63,942 nucleotides of DNA, filler included, from an uncultured Acidimicrobiia bacterium (GCA_964347285.1; 5 parts of 5 records of this genome joined end to end with filler, not necessarily neighbours in it); one strand, 5' to 3'; positions 10,201-18,788 are shown, counted from the first letter of the whole stretch. The notes: generated by a model not told the origin, from the letters alone. Made by a program: numbers and translations.

Positions 10201-10545
10201 GTAAAGCTCAAAGTTCGGCATCTTTCCGCCGGCTTCGGAAAACCCCGGCCCCGTGGGAATTGGCCCTTCCCACAAAGTTGGATGCCGGGAAGGGAAGCCC
10301 AGGTCACCGGCGACGTGTCGCGTGACATCCGCGTGACATAGATCAGCCCCCGGTGCCGGGTTGGGGGGACGACAGCACCGAGGGCTGGGGGGTGTCCGTT
10401 GAGGCCGCATCGGTGAAAGCTCAGCTAGGTAGGCCCCCTCCTCAGCCCAGGAGTCCTTCGGCCTTTCTCACGGAGTCGTTGCGAACCTAGTCCCCTCTGT
10501 GGCCAGTCGGTGCCGGACCAACCGGCTTTGCTCTCGTTCCGTCAT

Positions 10546-10920
10546 TCAGCCATCCTGACTCGGGGTCGTCGGGTTGCACGCGATCCCTTGGACTCCAGGG
10601 AACACCCCCAACCAGCCCCATTCTTCGGGATTCTCCCTAACGATGATCATTATCTGTCCACCTGATTGCACTCTCCCACCGGCGGGGGAAAGAGCCCATA
10701 GCTCGTCATCCGCAAAGAAATCTTCGGGCATTTCGCCCTCAGGATTCGAGTCGGGGTGATAGTCAGGCTGATCCAACCCGTTCTTGGCACATTCGGACTG
10801 AGCGTTGTACTTGGCGGGCAGGTCACCCTTGTTCTTATTCCACTCCCCCGCGAACGCCACCTGTCCAAATGCGGCCAGGTAGAGAAGAGCTACCGAAAGA
10901 ACGATGAGTAGTCGCTTCAT
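10546..10920 (-). CDS. Small secreted hypothetical protein (2 Cys)
   Basis: ATG 10920 with GAGG RBS, signal peptide MKRLLIVLSVALLYLAAFGQVAFA; visibly more AT-rich than flanks. Confidence 0.7.
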   Translation of the reverse strand: MKRLLIVLSVALLYLAAFGQVAFAGEWNKNKGDLPAKYNAQSECAKNGLDQPDYHPDSNPEGEMPEDFFADDELWALSPAGGRVQSGGQIMIIVRENPEEWGWLGVFPGVQGIACNPTTPSQDG

Positions 10921-11064
10921 GTGTTGCCTCTTTGCTGGTTCCTTAGGAGCCGCTGGCTCCGACAAGGATGCGGCTCGGTGCAAGTCTCGGACGTTGTTCA
11001 CGTCCTTTCCCGATTCCTGGCAGGGACTGCTTGGACCGCTCTGATCTCACGAACCGAGCCTGGG

Positions 11065-11181
11065 TCAGTCGCTGAGACCTTTGAAGTCCCAGGATGGGGG
11101 CAAGGCCCCCAAAGTGGCCTTCGTAGGTGTGATCGGCGATCGAAGCCCGAAATCACGAATCTCCGGCTTCTCGTATTCCAT
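11065..11181 (-). CDS. RiPP-precursor-like peptide, copy 1 (probably frameshifted)
   Basis: GGGAGG RBS, MEYEKPEIRDFG; removing 2 nt near 11144 gives SIADHTYEGHFGG, matching copy 2. Confidence 0.65.
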   Translation of the reverse strand: MEYEKPEIRDFGLRSPITPTKATLGALPPSWDFKGLSD

Positions 11182-11227
11182 TGACCTCCCAGCCACAGTT
11201 GCCCGTTGCACGATGCCGTGCGGTGCG

Positions 11228-11257
11228 AAGGTATCACGCGGCCACGCTACGTGTCAA
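11228..11257 (-). promoter_or_regulatory. Housekeeping-sigma-type promoter for precursor copy 1
   Basis: TTGACA-N18-TACCTT with extended -10 TG, about 47 nt upstream of ATG 11181. Confidence 0.55.
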
Positions 11258-11289
11258 TGCACAGAATCGGCGAGGAGCGCCGTTGCCGC

Positions 11290-11312
11290 AAGACGGCGTC
11301 CGGTGCCGTCTT
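11290..11312. terminator. Hairpin between the two precursor-like genes
   Basis: aagacggc-gtccggt-gccgtctt, 8-bp stem. Confidence 0.35.
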
Positions 11313-11420
11313 CCAGACCGCGCAAGTTCCCGGATTGCACGAGGTGTAGCGGACGCGACGACGGCCCATGAGGGCAGACTGGCTGGACCTCATGGACCGT
11401 CGGATAGTGCGTTGGATCGG

Positions 11421-11540
11421 CTAGAGGTCGATCTCGTCCACGATCACGAGGGAGATTCCCCCGAAGTGCTGGTCGCAGGTGTGCTCGGCGATCGAGCCGA
11501 AGTCGATTACTTCCGGCTTCTCAAGGGAGGGAGGAATCAT
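11421..11540 (-). CDS. RiPP-precursor-like peptide, copy 2 (N-terminus probably replaced)
   Basis: MIPPSLEKPEVIDFGSIAEHTCDQHFGGISLVIVDEIDL*; paralogous to copy 1 at DNA and protein level from EKPE onward. Confidence 0.65.
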   Translation of the reverse strand: MIPPSLEKPEVIDFGSIAEHTCDQHFGGISLVIVDEIDL

Positions 11541-11697
11541 GAGGCGGCTACTTCTGGTCTTGGTGGTGGTGGCGCTGGTGATGGGCGTGAGCCTCTAGCC
11601 AGGTTCGAATTGTGCTTCGTGAACTGCTTGGATTCCGAGCAGCCGAGGCGGGCCGTGGCTATGGTCGCCGGGGTTACCGGCCCCAGCGGGAGGGATC

Positions 11698-12182
11698 ATG
11701 GCGAAGCGGACCTATCGCACCGACCAGATCGTCGTCCACTGGGACTCGGAGCGCTGTGTTCACAGCGGGATCTGTCTGGGGACCCTCCCCGCCGTGTTCG
11801 ACGTCGAGCGCCGGCCGTGTGGGTGACCGTCGACGGTGCCGGCGCCGACGAGATCGCCGCCGCCGTCTCGAAGTGCCCGTCCAGTGCGCTGCATTTCGAG
11901 CGGCTCGACGGGGCAGCGCAGGAGGAGCCCGCCCCCTACACCACCGTCTTTCCGTCGCCCGACGGGCCCCTCTACGTAAGGGGCGATGTGGTCGTGATCG
12001 ACCGGTCGGGAGAGGTCATTCGGCGCGACACCCGGGTGGCCCTGTGCCGGTGTGGCGCCAGCAACAACCAGCCGTTCTGCGACATGAGTCATCGGGACAT
12101 CGGCTTTCGGGACAAGCCGCCGGAGATCACCGAGCATCGAGACCAGGCGGAGTCGCCGCCCGAAGTGGCCCCCGAGTCCTAG
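11698..12182 (+). pseudogene. Fer4_19 (divergent 4Fe-4S) + CDGSH iron-sulfur protein, frameshifted
   Basis: MAKRTY...RCVHSGIC...PAVFD..RRP then 2-nt insertion at ~11818 before WV...KCPSSAL...GPLYVRG...ALCRCGASNNQPFCDMSH. Confidence 0.85.
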
Positions 12183-12186
12183 TGGC

Positions 12187-13431
12187 TCAGGCCAGCACCG
12201 CTTTTTCCTCGAGGGGGTGGGGCTCCCGGTCGATGGAGAAGAACGCCATGTCGGCGTCGGTGTCGTAGGACATGCTCTCGCCGGTGAGCCACTGGGCCAC
12301 CATCGACCCCACCGACGGCGCCTCCTTGAAGCCGTGGCCGCTGAAGCCGTTGGCGACCACGAACCCCTCGATGGCCGTCGGACCGATGATCGGATACACG
12401 TCCTCGACGTTCACCGTGTACAGGCCGGCGATGCCGGTCATGCCCCCCCGGTAAGGGAGGGACGGGATGCGGTGATGGAGGCTGTAGATCTTGGTGTCGC
12501 GAAACGCAGCATCGATGTTGGTGTTGAAGTGGTCCGGGTCGGGCACCTCTTCCTGCTCGTCCTCTTCCCGGATCGAGCCGACCAGGATCTGCTGGCCGGC
12601 GGCCTCGGGTCGGAAATAGATGCCGCCCGAGGAGTCGGCCACCACCGGGATGGGACCGGGCACCTCGTCGGGCCATTCCCGATAGAGGACCTGGGCCCGT
12701 ATGGGACGCAGCGTCCAGCCCAGCTCCAGGCCGGCCATGGCGGCCAGGCGGACGGCCCACGGACCGGCCGCGTTGACGACGATCGGGGCGTCGATCCGGC
12801 TGCCGTCGGCCAGGTCGACCCCGTCGACCCGGTCGCCCGAGGTGTGGACTCCGGTGACCTCGGAGCGAAAACGAACCTCGGCGCCGTCCCGCCGCACCGC
12901 CTCGCACAGATCCTGGGCGGCACTGACCGGATCGAAGTAGCCGGGCTCGGGTTCGTAGAGGAAGTCGTCGTGGTCGATGCAGTTGTGCTCGGTTGCACCG
13001 GTGAGGTCGAACGGCTCGTTGCACAGCGAGAGGGCGGGGAAGTGCTCCCGCACCGCCTCCCCGTCGAAATGCTCGACGGCGATGCCCAGCCCCGACATCA
13101 TCTCCTGGGCCTGCTCCACCTGGGCGGCGGTCTCGTTCATCATCCACAGCACGCCGGTGTGATGGAAGCGGGCCCGCGGCTCGGCCAGGCCGGTGAAGTC
13201 GGCCCAGCTCCGGTAGGCCCGGAGCCCGTCACGGGCCACCTTGATCGACTCCGGGTAGGTGTAGCGCTGGCGAAGGATGGCGCAGGAGGCTCCGGTCGAG
13301 CCCTCGGCCACGTTCGGGGCCTTCTCGAGAACCACGATCCGCAGGTCGGAGCGACGGATCGTCTGGTAGGCGATCGACAACCCCATGATTCCCGCTCCGA
13401 CGACCACAACGTCGGCGGTTTCCCGACTCAC
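12187..13431 (-). CDS. FAD-dependent oxidoreductase, DAO/sarcosine oxidase beta-like
   Basis: VVVGAGIMG Rossmann fold, VNAAGPWA, GFSGHGFKEAP. Confidence 0.92.
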   Translation of the reverse strand: MSRETADVVVVGAGIMGLSIAYQTIRRSDLRIVVLEKAPNVAEGSTGASCAILRQRYTYPESIKVARDGLRAYRSWADFTGLAEPRARFHHTGVLWMMNETAAQVEQAQEMMSGLGIAVEHFDGEAVREHFPALSLCNEPFDLTGATEHNCIDHDDFLYEPEPGYFDPVSAAQDLCEAVRRDGAEVRFRSEVTGVHTSGDRVDGVDLADGSRIDAPIVVNAAGPWAVRLAAMAGLELGWTLRPIRAQVLYREWPDEVPGPIPVVADSSGGIYFRPEAAGQQILVGSIREEDEQEEVPDPDHFNTNIDAAFRDTKIYSLHHRIPSLPYRGGMTGIAGLYTVNVEDVYPIIGPTAIEGFVVANGFSGHGFKEAPSVGSMVAQWLTGESMSYDTDADMAFFSIDREPHPLEEKAVLA

Positions 13432-13458
13432 CGCTCCCTCCTCTGTCGGGCCCACATG

Positions 13459-14709
13459 CTACGCCGCCGTCGGCGGCAGTCCCCGATGCTCGGCCCCGTC
13501 GAGCGCTTCCCAATAGAGCTCGACCGGATGGGCGATGCGGTAGTCCCGCCCGAGATGAGACCGGAGCTGGATCTCACAGCCCGGGTTGGCGGACGCCACC
13601 ACCGTCGTGCCGGCGGCCTGCACCTGGGCCGCCTTTTGGCGGCCCAATTCGGCAGAGGCCTGGGGATGGAGGAGGCCGTAGATTCCGGCGGCCCCGCAAC
13701 ACAGCCCGTCGGGATCGATCTCGATCACCTCGTACCCCGCCCCGGCCAGCACCCGCCGGGGAGCGTCGGTGATGCGCTGGGCATGGCGCAGGTGACAAGG
13801 ATCCTGCACGGCGACCCGGGAGCCGGTGGCCGCCACGGTCGGCAGGCGCCCTTCGGCGAGACCGTCGGCCACCAGCTCGGTCACGTCGCGTACCCGTGTC
13901 GCCACGTCCCCGCCCCTAGGGGCCCAGTGGTGATAGTCCTTGAGGTGGGCGCCGCAGCCGGCGGCGTCGGCCACCACGATGTCGCCACGGCCCAGGGCGG
14001 CCAGATTGAGGGCGGCCAGCCGGCGGGCCTCGCCTGCTGCGCCGTCGTGGGCGGCCAAGGCGCCACAGCAGCGCTGGTCGGGGGGAACGGTGACCCGGTA
14101 GCCGGCCCGGCGCAACACCTCGATGGTGGCGTGGTGGACGGCGCCAAACCACGGCTCCATCACGCAACCGGCCAGCAGGGCGGCGGTGCCCACCTGCTCG
14201 CCGACCGGCGGGTACTCGGCTCCCCGGACGCTCGGCATCCTCAAGGGCAAGGGACGCAGCCCGTCGAGCCCCGATCTCAACCGGCCCGGAGCCAGCCCGG
14301 TGAGCCGGCCCCGTTGCGCCAGTGCCAGCAGGTAGGTCCCGATTGCCATCAGCCGGGGGGCAGCCAGAGCTCGACCGAGCACGGTGTGACGGAGCCGGCG
14401 CCGGCGGGTGGGGCGCTGGGCGGTCAGCTCGGCCCGGGCCCCCTCCATCGCCCGCCCGAACGGCACCAGCGACGGGCACACCGCCTCGCAGGCCCGGCAC
14501 TGGAGACAGAATCCCATGATCTCCTCGAAGGTGGCGTCCACCGGAGCTATGCCGGCGGCGACGGCCGACATCGCCATCAGCCGACCGCGTGGAGAGGCGG
14601 TCTCCTTGCCGGTGAGACGGAAGGTGGGGCAGTAGGGCAGGCACAGGCCGCACTGCACGCAGGCGCTCAGCTCGGCTGTGGTGGGGGCATCGGCGGTGGT
14701 CCAGCCCAT
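13459..14709 (-). CDS. glcF: GlcF-like Fe-S subunit (2x4Fe-4S + CCG domains)
   Basis: CVQCGLCLPYCP, CLQCRACEAVCP, CCGA, DPCHL, SANPGC; ATG overlaps upstream stop. Confidence 0.88.
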   Translation of the reverse strand: MGWTTADAPTTAELSACVQCGLCLPYCPTFRLTGKETASPRGRLMAMSAVAAGIAPVDATFEEIMGFCLQCRACEAVCPSLVPFGRAMEGARAELTAQRPTRRRRLRHTVLGRALAAPRLMAIGTYLLALAQRGRLTGLAPGRLRSGLDGLRPLPLRMPSVRGAEYPPVGEQVGTAALLAGCVMEPWFGAVHHATIEVLRRAGYRVTVPPDQRCCGALAAHDGAAGEARRLAALNLAALGRGDIVVADAAGCGAHLKDYHHWAPRGGDVATRVRDVTELVADGLAEGRLPTVAATGSRVAVQDPCHLRHAQRITDAPRRVLAGAGYEVIEIDPDGLCCGAAGIYGLLHPQASAELGRQKAAQVQAAGTTVVASANPGCEIQLRSHLGRDYRIAHPVELYWEALDGAEHRGLPPTAA

Positions 14710-15830
14710 CACAGACCGCCGGGCAGCCGGCCCGGATTGACGACCCGCACCGGATCGAAGCGGGCCACCAACCTCCGCTGCACGTCCAGGGTCGCCGGAG
14801 GGGTGCCCCACGGGTCGAAGAGGGCATAGCTGGGGGCGGGGGCGGCCTCGACGACCAGTGCCCCTCCGTGCCCCTCGGCCCAGTCCCGGAGATCGGACGC
14901 CCCGGCGGTATCGAACGAGGGGGCCCCGACTCGGATCTCTCCCACGCCGAAGGCCGCCTGGTAGTGCCATTCCGAGGGAAGGCGGGCGATGGCTTCGCCG
15001 ACGAGCCGGGGCGGCACACGCAGGGAGAATCGAACCGGCTGGTTGATCGGGGCGGGCCAGTGCAGTCCCTCGCGTCCGTCGCCGTCCAGGTCCCGGATCT
15101 GGACCTCGACCTCGCTGGGGGCGCCTCCCAGGTAGGCACGGGCCGTGCCGTCGTCTTCGATGACGGCCAGGGGCCGGTAGGCGCGTCGGAGTGCCTCGGC
15201 GGCATCGGGCACCGTGACGGTGGCGCTGGCGACCGGGGCCGGCCACAGTTTGAGGGCCACGCGCCCGATCAGTCCCAGCGAACCCAGCGAGCCGGTGGCG
15301 AGGCGGGGGAGGTCGTAGCCGGTGACGTTCTTCACGACCCGACCCCCACCGGTGACGATGCGGCCGTCGCCGGCCACCAGAGCCACCTCCAGCACCCGGT
15401 CCCGGGTGGGCCCGTAGCGCAAGCGGCGCCATCCGGAAGACGCCGAGGCGACCACGCCGCCCACGGTGGCCCGACCGGGAAGTTCCGGAAGCACCGCCGA
15501 CTGGTTGCGGGAAGCGAGGACTTGTTCCAGATCGGCCACCCGCACTCCCGCCTCGGCGACCACCGTCAGGTCATCGGGCCGCCAATCGACGATCTTGTCG
15601 AGGCGGTGGGTGGACAGCACGATGTCGGGGTGGGGCCGGGCTCCCAGGCCCTGGTGGGTGCCTCCTCCCCAGACCAGGACCTCGGCTCGGCGCTCGCTGG
15701 CCAGGTCGAGTACCCGGGCCGCCTCCTCCAGAGTCTGCGGTGCCACGGTGGCGTCGGCCGGGGGTGCGTCCTCCAGGTCTTCAACGAGGAGATCTGCTCC
15801 CAGCCGGGCCAGATCTCCCTCGAGCGTCAC
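14709..15830 (-). CDS. glcE: GlcE-like FAD-binding subunit
   Basis: ATVGG, GGRVVKNVTGYDLPRL..GSLGSLG, FDP..VVNPGR. Confidence 0.85.
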   Translation of the reverse strand: MTLEGDLARLGADLLVEDLEDAPPADATVAPQTLEEAARVLDLASERRAEVLVWGGGTHQGLGARPHPDIVLSTHRLDKIVDWRPDDLTVVAEAGVRVADLEQVLASRNQSAVLPELPGRATVGGVVASASSGWRRLRYGPTRDRVLEVALVAGDGRIVTGGGRVVKNVTGYDLPRLATGSLGSLGLIGRVALKLWPAPVASATVTVPDAAEALRRAYRPLAVIEDDGTARAYLGGAPSEVEVQIRDLDGDGREGLHWPAPINQPVRFSLRVPPRLVGEAIARLPSEWHYQAAFGVGEIRVGAPSFDTAGASDLRDWAEGHGGALVVEAAPAPSYALFDPWGTPPATLDVQRRLVARFDPVRVVNPGRLPGGL

Positions 15831-16333
15831 ACCCATGCCCCTTCCGGCACGGGCCGTCCGAAGTCGAAGCAGCGGGAGCCGGTGGGGAGGATCTTGTCCG
15901 GGTTGAGCACTCCGTCGGGGTCGAAGGCCTCCCGGATACGCGCCTGGGCGTCGAGGTCGTACTCGTCGAACATCAGCGGCATCAGGTCTCGCTTCTCGAG
16001 GCCGACCCCGTGCTCGCCGGACAGCACCCCGCCGGCCCTGACGCACACCTCGGCGAGTTCATTCGCTGCCGTGGTGACCCGTTCCAGCACCCCCGGCTCG
16101 GCGGCGTCGAAAGGCATGAGGGGGTGGAGGTTGCCGTCGCCGGCGTGGAACACGTTCATCATGTCCAGTTGATGGCGCTCGGCGATGCGATAGACCTCGC
16201 GCAGCACTTCCACCAGCTTGGTGCGGGGTACCACGGTGTCGTGCAGGTAGTAGTCCGGGGCCTGCTGGGCGACGGCGCCGAACGCCGACTTGCGCCCCTT
16301 CCACAGCAGGGCCCGCTCCGCCTCGTCCCGGGC
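15827..16333 (-). CDS. glcD: GlcD-like FAD-linked oxidase, C-terminal part (contig-truncated)
   Basis: NVFHAGDGNLHP, SGEHGVGLEK, LNPDKI. Confidence 0.88.
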   Translation of the reverse strand, partial: ARDEAERALLWKGRKSAFGAVAQQAPDYYLHDTVVPRTKLVEVLREVYRIAERHQLDMMNVFHAGDGNLHPLMPFDAAEPGVLERVTTAANELAEVCVRAGGVLSGEHGVGLEKRDLMPLMFDEYDLDAQARIREAFDPDGVLNPDKILPTGSRCFDFGRPVPEGAWV

Positions 16334-16433
16334 NNNNNNNNNNNNNNNNNNNNNNNNNNNNNNNNNNNNNNNNNNNNTTAATTAATTAANNNNNNNNNNN
16401 NNNNNNNNNNNNNNNNNNNNNNNNNNNNNNNNN
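16334..16433. other. Artificial contig linker
   Basis: N run + TTAATTAATTAA + N run, 100 bp. Confidence 0.98.
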
Positions 16434-17033
16434 CTCCACCCGGTGAAGGTGAAGCGTCACGGGGTGCGCCTGTCCTACACGTTGTGTCTCGGGGGCATGA
16501 GCTTCTTCCTCTTCATCCTCCTGACCATCACCGGCATCTTCTTGATGTTCTACTACCGGCCCACCTCCCCCCAGGCCTACCTGGACATCCAGCAGCTGGA
16601 GACGGGGGTGGCCTTCGGGCAGCTGGTGCGCAACATGCACCGCTGGGGAGCCCACCTCATGGTGCTGACCGTCTTCCTCCACATGGCCCGGGTCTTCTAC
16701 CACGGCGCCTACAAGCCGCCCCGGGAGTTCAACTGGGTGGTCGGGGTGGTGTTGCTGTTCCTCACCCTGCTGCTGTCGTTCACCGGCTATCTGCTTCCCT
16801 GGGACCAGCTGGCCATCTGGGCGGTGACGGTGGGAAGCAACATGGCCGCCTATACCCCGGTCTTCGGGGACCAGGTGAGCTTCACCCTGCTCGGGGACTT
16901 ACGGGTGACGGCCGACACCCTTCTCCGCTGGTACGTGCTCCACGTGCTGGCGCTCCCCTTCATCCTGACGATCTTCCTCGCCGTCCACTTCTGGCGAGTC
17001 CGCAAGGACGGCGGCATCTCCGGACCGCTCTGA
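16434..17033 (+). CDS. Cytochrome b6-type N-terminal cytochrome b (5' truncated)
   Basis: TLCLGG, HRWGAH...[13 protein letters not shown]-x14-H, C-terminal GISGPL. Confidence 0.93.
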   Translation, partial: LHPVKVKRHGVRLSYTLCLGGMSFFLFILLTITGIFLMFYYRPTSPQAYLDIQQLETGVAFGQLVRNMHRWGAHLMVLTVFLHMARVFYHGAYKPPREFNWVVGVVLLFLTLLLSFTGYLLPWDQLAIWAVTVGSNMAAYTPVFGDQVSFTLLGDLRVTADTLLRWYVLHVLALPFILTIFLAVHFWRVRKDGGISGPL

Positions 17034-17905
17034 TGGCCGAGATACCCGAGCACCTGCTGCGGCGCTCAGCCGAGGCAAAGGCCAAGGCCACCGGGCGCCC
17101 GGTCGAGGAGGTCCTCGCCGAGATGAAGGGGGAGCCTCCCCCGGCGGCCGAGGCGCCGGCCGAGGCACCGGCGGCGGCTGCACCGGAGCCGACGCCTGCG
17201 GCGGCGGAAGGAACCGGGGGCGTGCCCGAGCACCTGCTCCGTCGCTCCGCCGAGGCCAAGGCCAAGGCCACCGGGCGCTCGGTCGAGGAGGTCCTCGCCG
17301 AAATGAGGGGGGAGGCTCCCCCGGCGGCCGAGGCGCTTGCCGAGGCACCGGCGGCGGCGGCACCGGCTGCCGCTGCGGCTCCCAAAGCGGCTCCGGCGGT
17401 GCCCGAAGGGATCCGCACCCAGCGTTTGCTGACGGTGGTCAAGGCCGGTGCCATCCAACAGGTCAAGGCCGAACCGACCGACAAGGTCAACGTCTGGCCC
17501 CATCTCGTAGCGGCCGAGTTCGTGGCGCTGTTGGTGGTCACGGCCCTCGTCACGATCTTCTCGGTGTTCGTCGACGCCCCGTTGCTGGAGCTGGCCAATT
17601 TCAACGAACAGCCCAATCCCTCCAAAGCGCCCTGGTACTTCCTCGGGCTCCAGGAGCTGCTGTCGTATTTCGACCCCCAGGTGGCCGGGGTACTGATGCC
17701 CGGGCTGGGTCTGGCGGGCCTGGCCGCCATCCCCTACATCGACCGCAACCCGTCCACCCGTCCCGCCGATCGCAAGCTGGCCATCATGATCTTCACGTTC
17801 TTCTTGATGGCATCGGCCGTTCTCACGATCTTCGGGTCCTTCTTCCGGGGCCCCGGGTTCAACTTCACGTTCCCGTGGAACGACGGCCTCTTCTTCGACT
17901 TCTGA
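17033..17905 (+). CDS. Cytochrome b C-terminal subunit (subunit IV/PetD-like) with duplicated N-terminal extension
   Basis: VWPHL..E, NPSKAPWYFLGLQELL (PEWY-equivalent), PYIDRNP; TGATG coupling. Confidence 0.9.
   Translation: MAEIPEHLLRRSAEAKAKATGRPVEEVLAEMKGEPPPAAEAPAEAPAAAAPEPTPAAAEGTGGVPEHLLRRSAEAKAKATGRSVEEVLAEMRGEAPPAAEALAEAPAAAAPAAAAAPKAAPAVPEGIRTQRLLTVVKAGAIQQVKAEPTDKVNVWPHLVAAEFVALLVVTALVTIFSVFVDAPLLELANFNEQPNPSKAPWYFLGLQELLSYFDPQVAGVLMPGLGLAGLAAIPYIDRNPSTRPADRKLAIMIFTFFLMASAVLTIFGSFFRGPGFNFTFPWNDGLFFDF
17045..17360 (+). repeat. Two diverged copies (period ~180 nt) encoding PEHLLRRSAEAKAKATGR.VEEVLAEM.GE
   Basis: Direct repeat at ~17045 and ~17225 with mostly synonymous differences. 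Confidence 0.9.
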
Positions 17906-18753
17906 TGAGCGGCGGACAGATCTTTGCGCTGGCGATAGCAGCAGTGGCCGTGGTGGCGGCCATCTCCATCTTCGCGGTCGCCTTCCGTCGTGGGCCCGCC
18001 CCACCTCCCACTGGAAAGCTCGATCGCAGGGCGCTGGCCGCCGAGCGACGCCGGGAGGAGGAGCGCCGCCCGGCCGCAGTCGCCGCCGCACCGGCCGAAG
18101 AGGCACCCCGGCTCGAAGAGGCCGCGGCCCTCCCGGAACCCGAATCGGTCCCCGATCCGCTCCAGGCCCGCCCCGAGATCAGCGAGGAGGAGTACGGCGT
18201 CACCCGGCGCATGTTTTTCACCCGGTCCATCCTCATCATCTTCGGCGTCTTCCTGCTCCAGTTTGCGCTGGGCTCGCTGGCGTTCATGTGGCCCCGCCTG
18301 CGGGCCGGCGCCTTCGGATCGGCAATCGACGCCGGGAACATCGACGAGATCCGGGACCAGCTCTTCAACGCCGACGGGTCGGTGACGCCGTTCTTCGTAC
18401 CGGCCGCCCAGGCCTACGTCCTCCCCTTCCAGACCGACGTCACCACCAGTCAGTTCGAGGGGACCGGCGTGGTGGTCGACGACGTCATGGCGCTCTGGCA
18501 GCGCTGCGTTCACTTGGGCTGCCGGGTCCCGTGGTGCCAGCCCTCTCAGGGCTTCGAGTGCCCGTGTCACGGCTCGAAGTACAACTCCCACGGGGAGTAC
18601 GAAGCGGGACCGGCCCCGCGCAACATGGACCGGTTCGTCGTCACGGTCGACGACTCCAACAATCTCGTCATCGACACCGGCGCGGTCATCCAAACCGCCC
18701 GGGCCAAGGACAAGACGGTCGAATACCCGCAGGGGCCGTCGTGCCTGGCGTAG
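17905..18753 (+). CDS. Rieske 2Fe-2S subunit
   Basis: CVHLGC and CPCHGSKY, GPAPR; N-terminal TM then internal twin-Arg TRRMFF before a second TM. Confidence 0.95.
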   Translation: MSGGQIFALAIAAVAVVAAISIFAVAFRRGPAPPPTGKLDRRALAAERRREEERRPAAVAAAPAEEAPRLEEAAALPEPESVPDPLQARPEISEEEYGVTRRMFFTRSILIIFGVFLLQFALGSLAFMWPRLRAGAFGSAIDAGNIDEIRDQLFNADGSVTPFFVPAAQAYVLPFQTDVTTSQFEGTGVVVDDVMALWQRCVHLGCRVPWCQPSQGFECPCHGSKYNSHGEYEAGPAPRNMDRFVVTVDDSNNLVIDTGAVIQTARAKDKTVEYPQGPSCLA

Positions 18754-18788
18754 CCGCGCCGACCACCCGGGCAAGGAGGCCTCGCTAG

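Noticed and set aside
11065..11540. Calling this a lasso peptide gene cluster
   Set aside because: No B/C enzymes nearby and cores lack the acidic residue at 7-9; reported only as precursor-like.
11181..11697. N-terminal half of the 333-aa plus-strand ORF
   Set aside because: Only the part after ~11820 is CDGSH coding; the upstream part is antisense to the precursor-like gene and promoter.
11824..11826. In-frame TGA as selenocysteine readthrough in the CDGSH gene
   Set aside because: Homology continues in a different frame, so it is a frameshift and not recoding.
14710..15432. Long N-terminal extension of GlcF (657-aa ORF)
   Set aside because: Overlaps GlcE in another frame; the real start is ATG 14709.
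16334..16433. TTAATTAATTAA repeated four times in the window inside N runs
   Set aside because: Artificial all-frame-stop contig linker, not biological; cross-linker gene adjacency was ignored.
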